A stretch of 64,000 bases of DNA from Salpingoeca rosetta. Its lineage: Eukaryota; Protista; Choanoflagellata. Below are positions 58,100 to 64,000 of this stretch, piece by piece. Position 1 is the first letter of the stretch. Each line of letters starts with the position of its first letter. The notes beneath the pieces were generated by a model. The model was not told the DNA's origin, made no database searches, and worked only from the letters and a program-made list of their open reading frames with translations. Position numbers and translations under genes: made by a program. The stretch is from assembly GCA_033442325.1 (NCBI GenBank), contig JAWQFM010000001.1, positions 1,610,138-1,674,137 on the forward strand, in the 5' to 3' direction.

Positions 58100-58306
58100 T
58101 CAGATGAGCAGCCCCTTCTGCTTGAGTGCCTCGCGCCGTGACTGCACCGGTGTCAGGCTCGACGTCAGGTCATACTGCTCAGCCTCAAACTGTCACGTGC
58201 ATGATGATCAGTGGGGGTTTGGAAGATGGAGTGGGGAGATGGGAGTCGAGAGAGCAGGTGGTGAGCAACTTGCAAGGCGAAAGCAAGCACACACACACAC
58301 ACACAC

Positions 58307-58384
<78 letters not shown>

Positions 58385-59757
58385 GTACACACCTGGTTGC
58401 GTTCGTTCCACTCTTGCAAGGACTTTTGGTAGTTCTCCATCCAGCGCTTCTCGGCGTCCATGAGCATCTGCATGCGAGCTTGGATGCTCGTCGTCACCAC
58501 AGCACGCGCGTTATCCACACTCGTCTCCTCGCGCGCCAACAGTTCCTGTGCAGACATTGAGCATTGGGCATTGGGAGTGGTGGTGATGGGAGTGAGGTGG
58601 AGGTGACGCATAGTATGACGTGAGTGACAGAGGACTAAACGAGCTCAAGCTTTGTCATGCATGGCATTCCATTCATCACATGCAAGCAAGCAAGCAAGCA
58701 CCCAAGCCACCATGCAAACAAACACCTCCATACGTGTGTGTGTGTATACCTTGCGAGCCTGTTCAATCTCGCGCTCTTCTCGTTCGCGCTCAATCCGCTT
58801 GGCGCGCTCTGCGTCCTCCGCTGCCTTGCGCATGGCCTCCTGCTCGGCCTCGTCCTGCATCATCTTCTCCGCCTTGCGCGACTCGCCGTGCAGCAGCTCG
58901 CGAAGGCAGTCCATCACCGCGCGGTAGATGAAGATGTACTGGATCTCCGTCTGCACCATGTAGCAGCGTCGCATGCGCATCGACGCCACCACCTCGCGCA
59001 CGTCCAGGTCGCCTCCCATATCCAGGGCCTGGCGCACGAGCGTGTCAATGGCAATGTACGTGCCTGTCCGCCCAACCCCGGCCGAGCAGTGGATGACAAT
59101 GGGTGCCGTCTTGTCCTCCGTGCGCTCGTTGACGGCGTTGCGGAAGCCAAGCATCTCGTGCGTGGTCAGCGGCACACCGTGGTCCGGCCACGACGTGAAT
59201 GCAAACTGGCGAACAGTGCGAGGCGGCTCGTCGCCCCGCGTCACGCTGAACGTGCGCAGGATGTAATGCTTGTGGGGCTTTGACGACACGTGCACGACGT
59301 TGACGTCGCCGTACGTGAGTTGCAGCACGGGCGGGTTGCTGGTTGGGTCTGGCCAGTAGCGGTGGCACTTCATGCGCCCGCCCTCAACCTCGTGCGTCAC
59401 CATCACAATCGTGCACACGCGCTGGTCCCAGATCATGCGCCAGAAGTCGACAAACGAGTTTGGCACGGGCCCCTGCGTGGCAATGTAGCCGTTGGGCTGC
59501 TTGTACGCGTCTACAAAGCTGGCGTTGATGTAGTCTGTGTAAGGGTTGCCGTCCACAACAGGGAGCTTGACACGCCACTTGTCAAAGGCAAGGATGTTTC
59601 CGTAGCGGTTCTTCAGGCGGTTTGGCTCGGCAACCGCAGCATTGCACGTCTGGCGTGTGGCAGCGTAGTGTTGGCAGTGACGGCGGTAGTTGGAGGAGTG
59701 TGATGTGAGTGTGATGTGAGTGTGATGTGATCGGTGGTTGATGAGGGTGCAGATCAC

Positions 59758-59845
<88 letters not shown>

Positions 59846-60465
59846 GAGTGAGGCCTGTGGCCTGAAGTGACCTGTACTCCTGCACGTATCCGCTGTTTGT
59901 GCCGTTGTCCCAGTTTGCAACCATCTTCTCCTTGAAGCGCTCCACGGTATCGCGAAGGTACCCCGCAGTTGCACGCGCATCCTCGTGCGCCTGCCATGGT
60001 GGTGGTGTGCAATAGCACAAGCGCGTGACGTGAGCTTAGTGGAGCAGTGCGCATACTGGGACACTCAGTTGATGGTGAATGCATGCGCATGTGCATGCGT
60101 GTGCTTTGGGTGTATCTGTGCGCTCGTGCACTCGTGCATTCGTGTACACACATGTTTGCATTCGTGCATTCGGAAAGGCACGTGGCGTTCAATTATACAC
60201 GCGCGTGAATTGCTGCCAGGGAGAGGAGTGGTGCAGACGTGACGAGAGGCAAGTGGACTCACCATGTCGCCGACTTGATCGTCCACCTCGTCTTCAACAA
60301 TCTCTTCCTCGACAAACTGCGTGCAGATGCAAGCAAGCGCGTATGGTGCATGCGTGATGTTGGGTTGCGTCCATGCGAGCAGGTGGGCATTCGTGGACCA
60401 CGCTGGGACTGTTGTAGCCAACTCAGACGCAGACACCTTGTTCCAAGTCATCACATCCCCTTCAA

Positions 60466-60513
<48 letters not shown>

Positions 60514-61446
60514 ATTCAACCAACGAGTGATATGCGTGCGCACCTTGGTGGACTCTTCTTCATTGTCGTCGTCATCCTTACGTGGCTGGATGGGGCCCGC
60601 TTCCTGCCCCGGCAGCAGCTGCACTGGTGCACCGCGAATGGACGAGCGGCCCGCCCACCGCCGGCGCGTGATCTTCGGCGATGTGCGCGGCGACACGCCA
60701 TCCATTCCCTGTGCTGCGCTTTCGTTGTCGGCAGCACTACCACCGCTGCCACTGATGTCGTCCTGCTCGCCCTGTTCCGTGTCGTTGGCGCCGTCCGCGC
60801 TGTCCGGCCTGTCGACGGCCCGCGGTGGTGGTGATGGCGGCGTGGGCTCTGCATCATTGTTGGCATCGGGGCTAGTTTGTCCATCCGCATTCTCCTGGCT
60901 CGTGTCAGCAGCGTCCTTGTTGTCCTGGGACGCGGCCGGCTGTTGCTTGGGTTCACCATTGGCCAATGCTGTCGCGTCCTGCTTTGTTTCTTCCTTGCCT
61001 TGCTTCTCTTTGTCCTCCTCTTTCTGCTGCTCTTGCTGTTGCTGAGCAGCAGCATCGCTTCCGAGCTCTGCTTGTGCTGTCTCGTTGTTGGTTGCGGTTG
61101 CCTCCTCAACGGCTTGGCTGTTGTTGTCATCCTTTGATGCGCGCGAGTCTTGCTCCTCCTGCTGCACTTGCTGCTGCTGCTGCTGCTGCTGCTTTTGATC
61201 TTGCTGCTTTTCTTCTTGGTCTTGCTTTGGAAGGGGAGAGCCGTCCGTGGACAGGCCTTTCTCGCGAAGAACAACGTCGACGTCCACATGGCGTTTCTTG
61301 GCCTCCTTGGTTGCCTTTTTCACCTCCTTCTTGCGCTGCTTCTCCTCAACCTTGAGTTGCTTGGCAAGCCGCTTCTGCTCCGCCTTCTGCTGCTTCACCA
61401 GCTTCTTCTCCTCCTTTGTTGACCCCATCTTCGCCGTCGAAATCAT
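58100..61446 (-). CDS. Non-receptor classical protein tyrosine phosphatase, multi-exon
   Basis: KNRY, YINAS, YIATQGP, DFWRMIW, KCHRYWP, WPDHGVP, HCSAGVGRTG and MVQT are all intact. No signal peptide or TM. Start is 61446 or 61428 (in-frame TGA just upstream); last exon FEAEQY...KQKGLLI*. Confidence 0.92.
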
Positions 61447-61862
61447 CCTTTGTCAGTGCTGTGATGTGTTGTGATCGTGAGCGCTGTGTGCCGTCACTCC
61501 GCACCAAATTGTACAGACAGCGTTGAGCCAGCCACTTGCGCACTTGACACTGTATTCCACTTCAGCTGTTGTTGGGGGTTTGGTTTTGTTTGGTTGGTTG
61601 CCGTGCTGTGCTGTGTGGTCTGTACTGAGAGAATGCGTCGCTTGGTGCAGGGTGCAGGTTTTGTGTGCATCACAAGCAAAGCGCCATCATCCATCTGTGC
61701 ATCATCATCAATGACATCGATCATCGCAGCCATCCTTGCAATGTGACATCGCCACCATTCGCTCTGTCCTCCTGACAAACCGATAATCTTCTAATATCTT
61801 TCACCAATCATCCAAATTGCCCCCTCCTCAAACACAAACAACCAACAACAGAGAGAGAGAGG

Positions 61863-63294
61863 ATGTGAGTGCGTGCGTGGAAGTTGGCGCTGTTGTGGGT
61901 GGCAGTGGAGACAAGGCGTGGCCCGTCTGTGTGTGTGTGTGTATGTATGTGTGTGTGTGTGTATGTGTGTGTGTGTGTGAGTGTGTGGCTGTGCTGCACC
62001 ACTGGCACGACCGAGGTGCAAACGCTTCTTAAAACACACACACACACACTCACAGAGCACAACACGCATCACACCAGTGCACGCGAAAACCCACATGGCG
62101 CACACTCTCACGCGCAACACTCACTCATACACACGCACGCACCCACACAAACACACACATCCACATACTCACGCACACACACAAACACACACACATATAC
62201 ACATACGCTGCATAGGTCGTCGTCGTCGGTGATGTTCAAGACACAGGCGCATGTGTTTCAAATTGACCCGCAGACGAAAAAGTCATGGCTGCCGCTCTCC
62301 AAAACAGCGATACCCGTGAGCATTGTGAAGCAGGAGGACGGAACACACCGCATTCGCGCAGCGCCTGCTGATGGCGACGAGGTCATGTCCAGCACCCTTA
62401 GCCAAGGCATGCTCTTCACAAAGACCGCGCCCAAGTTTGGGCAGTGGACAGACACAAAGGCCGGCACTCTCTATGGCCTCGGCTTTGGCGCAGAAACAGA
62501 CACCCTGAACGTACGTGCCTTGCAGGCGCACGCGTGCATGTAGTGCTGATACTTTGTGCGCGTGTGCATATGCGCGTGTGTGTACATGCTGTATGCTGTG
62601 TACATGTGCATGTGCGTGCATGTGCGTGCATTAGCTTGGATGATGGTTCATGCTCGCAGTTTGTGCGCATGTTGTGCGCATGCTGTGTGCATGCACTGTT
62701 CCTCCTCAGCCGGGGTACATTGCATGCTTTTCCAAGCATGGACTACGCGCATGATAACGCATTGCTCTCCCGCTTTCACTTGCCTTTGCGCTTTGTGTTC
62801 GCTACTGTGTACGCTTGCATCAGTTTGCGGACGCGTTTTCAGAGGCGTTGGCAAAACTCGACGACTCCTCAACGTCAACGACACCTGCATCGTCAGTGGA
62901 CATGTGTGTTTCGATTCTTTGCTTGTGTTTTCATTTCATGCACATGTGATGCGTGCGCAGCGGTTGCTGTGTGCATGGTGTGGGTGTGCGCGTGTGTTGC
63001 CAGGTATTTTGCCTGAGTTTGGTGTCTTCAGGTTAAGTGCTTCAAGTTGCGCCCTTTCATGGGTTGGGGTGTTTGGCAGTCCCTCCAAGTATGACTTGGT
63101 TTCGACTGTCGTTCACACCGCTTGCCCTTGCCTTCCTTATATTCTTTCCATGCCGATGATCATCCTGTCCCACATGTACAGGCCACCCAAGGTTGCCCCG
63201 AAGCCAGCCACCGCAGCAAAGCCAAGACAGGAGCCCGCAAAGTGCGTGTGTACCCTGCAATGCGACAGCCCTCGCTTCACCCACACAACGCACG

Positions 63295-63353
<59 letters not shown>

Positions 63354-64000
63354 TGTGACCTCTCATCCTCGGCATTTTGTTCCTTCTTCGTTAGGGAGAA
63401 AGAGAGCGCGAAACCGAACAAGCCGTCGTCTGCGAGCACGGGTGATGCAATCGGCTCCCCCGTCGACTCACAGGAGGTGCGACACCCTGTGCTGTGATGT
63501 GCTGTGTACTTGTGAGTGTATGTGTGTACGTGTATGTGTGTATGTGTATGTGTGTGTTTGTACGTGTGTGTGTGTTAAGTGTGTGAGGTGTGCATTTTGT
63601 TCCAGATCACACCGACTGTGCCTTTTCTGTTGCTCCCACCAACCCAACCACACCAACGCACACCAACACCACGCGGCGGCCAGGTTGCAACGTTACGGTA
63701 TGAGAACGAGCGACTGCGTGCGGCGCTGGCGACAAGCAGCGCAAACGCAAAGAAGTGGGAGGAGGAGCTGCAGAACTTGCGCAACACAAACACGCGACTC
63801 AAGACCGCGCTGCAAGAAAGCGGCAAAAACGTCCTGCAGTGGAAGAAACAGGTTGGTGATGGTAGTGATGGTTGTGGTGGTGGTGGTGGTGATGGTTGTG
63901 GTGATGGTTGTGGAGGAGGAGGGTGGTTTGCAGGAATGTGCGCGATCGTTTGTGTGCGTGTGTGTGTGTATGTGTGTGTGTGTGTGCGAGTACATACCTG
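61863..64000 (+). CDS. Homer: Homer scaffold protein (EVH1 plus coiled coil), 3'-partial
   Basis: EVH1 [14 protein letters not shown]...[21 protein letters not shown]. Coiled-coil repeats [23 protein letters not shown] and [22 protein letters not shown]. Confidence 0.96.

Noticed and set aside
58100-58135. PTP C-terminus LKQKGLLI resembling villin headpiece KKEKGLF
   Set aside because: The conserved Phe core and PxWK motif of the headpiece domain are absent.
60820-60850. PTP TPPSPP as a Homer ligand
   Set aside because: It lacks the essential Phe of PPxxF.
61494-61778. Minus-strand ORF MAAMIDVIDDDAQMDDG as PTP exon 1
   Set aside because: An in-frame TGA follows the obvious CAG acceptor just upstream of 61446. 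It is more likely promoter, UTR or uORF sequence.

Overview
Intron-dense eukaryotic DNA in which most introns are packed with (GT)n/(CA)n microsatellites. Gene content and the jumble glycosyltransferase point to the choanoflagellate Salpingoeca rosetta; this is recognised from memory, not from a search. Splicing by hand gave 15 protein-coding genes: an orphan (partial), TRIP4/ASC-1, an orphan single-pass membrane protein, a Vac1/rabenosyn-like double-FYVE protein, ISWI, transportin, CCDC97, an orphan PH-domain protein, BBS1, alpha-COP, jumble, BUD20/ZNF593, CGI-121/TPRKB, a non-receptor tyrosine phosphatase and Homer (partial). Twelve of them form six head-to-head pairs. No rRNA, tRNA, transposon or CRISPR was seen, and most entries in the ORF track are microsatellite artefacts. 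Best leads: (1) the orphan membrane protein has an adaptor-like tail with YxxM, YxN, an exact Homer ligand PPxxFR and a PDZ-type C-terminus; (2) the PH protein contains an unrecognised domain duplicated in tandem with all four intron positions and phases preserved; (3) the FYVE protein is bracketed by two LIR-like motifs and has two likely GC-AG introns plus repeated intronic CAG|GT sites; (4) intronic microsatellites show polarity and strand bias (5' GT...3' CA, sense-strand TCAC, acceptors without a polypyrimidine tract) that may reflect structure-assisted splicing. Exon boundaries are manual inferences.
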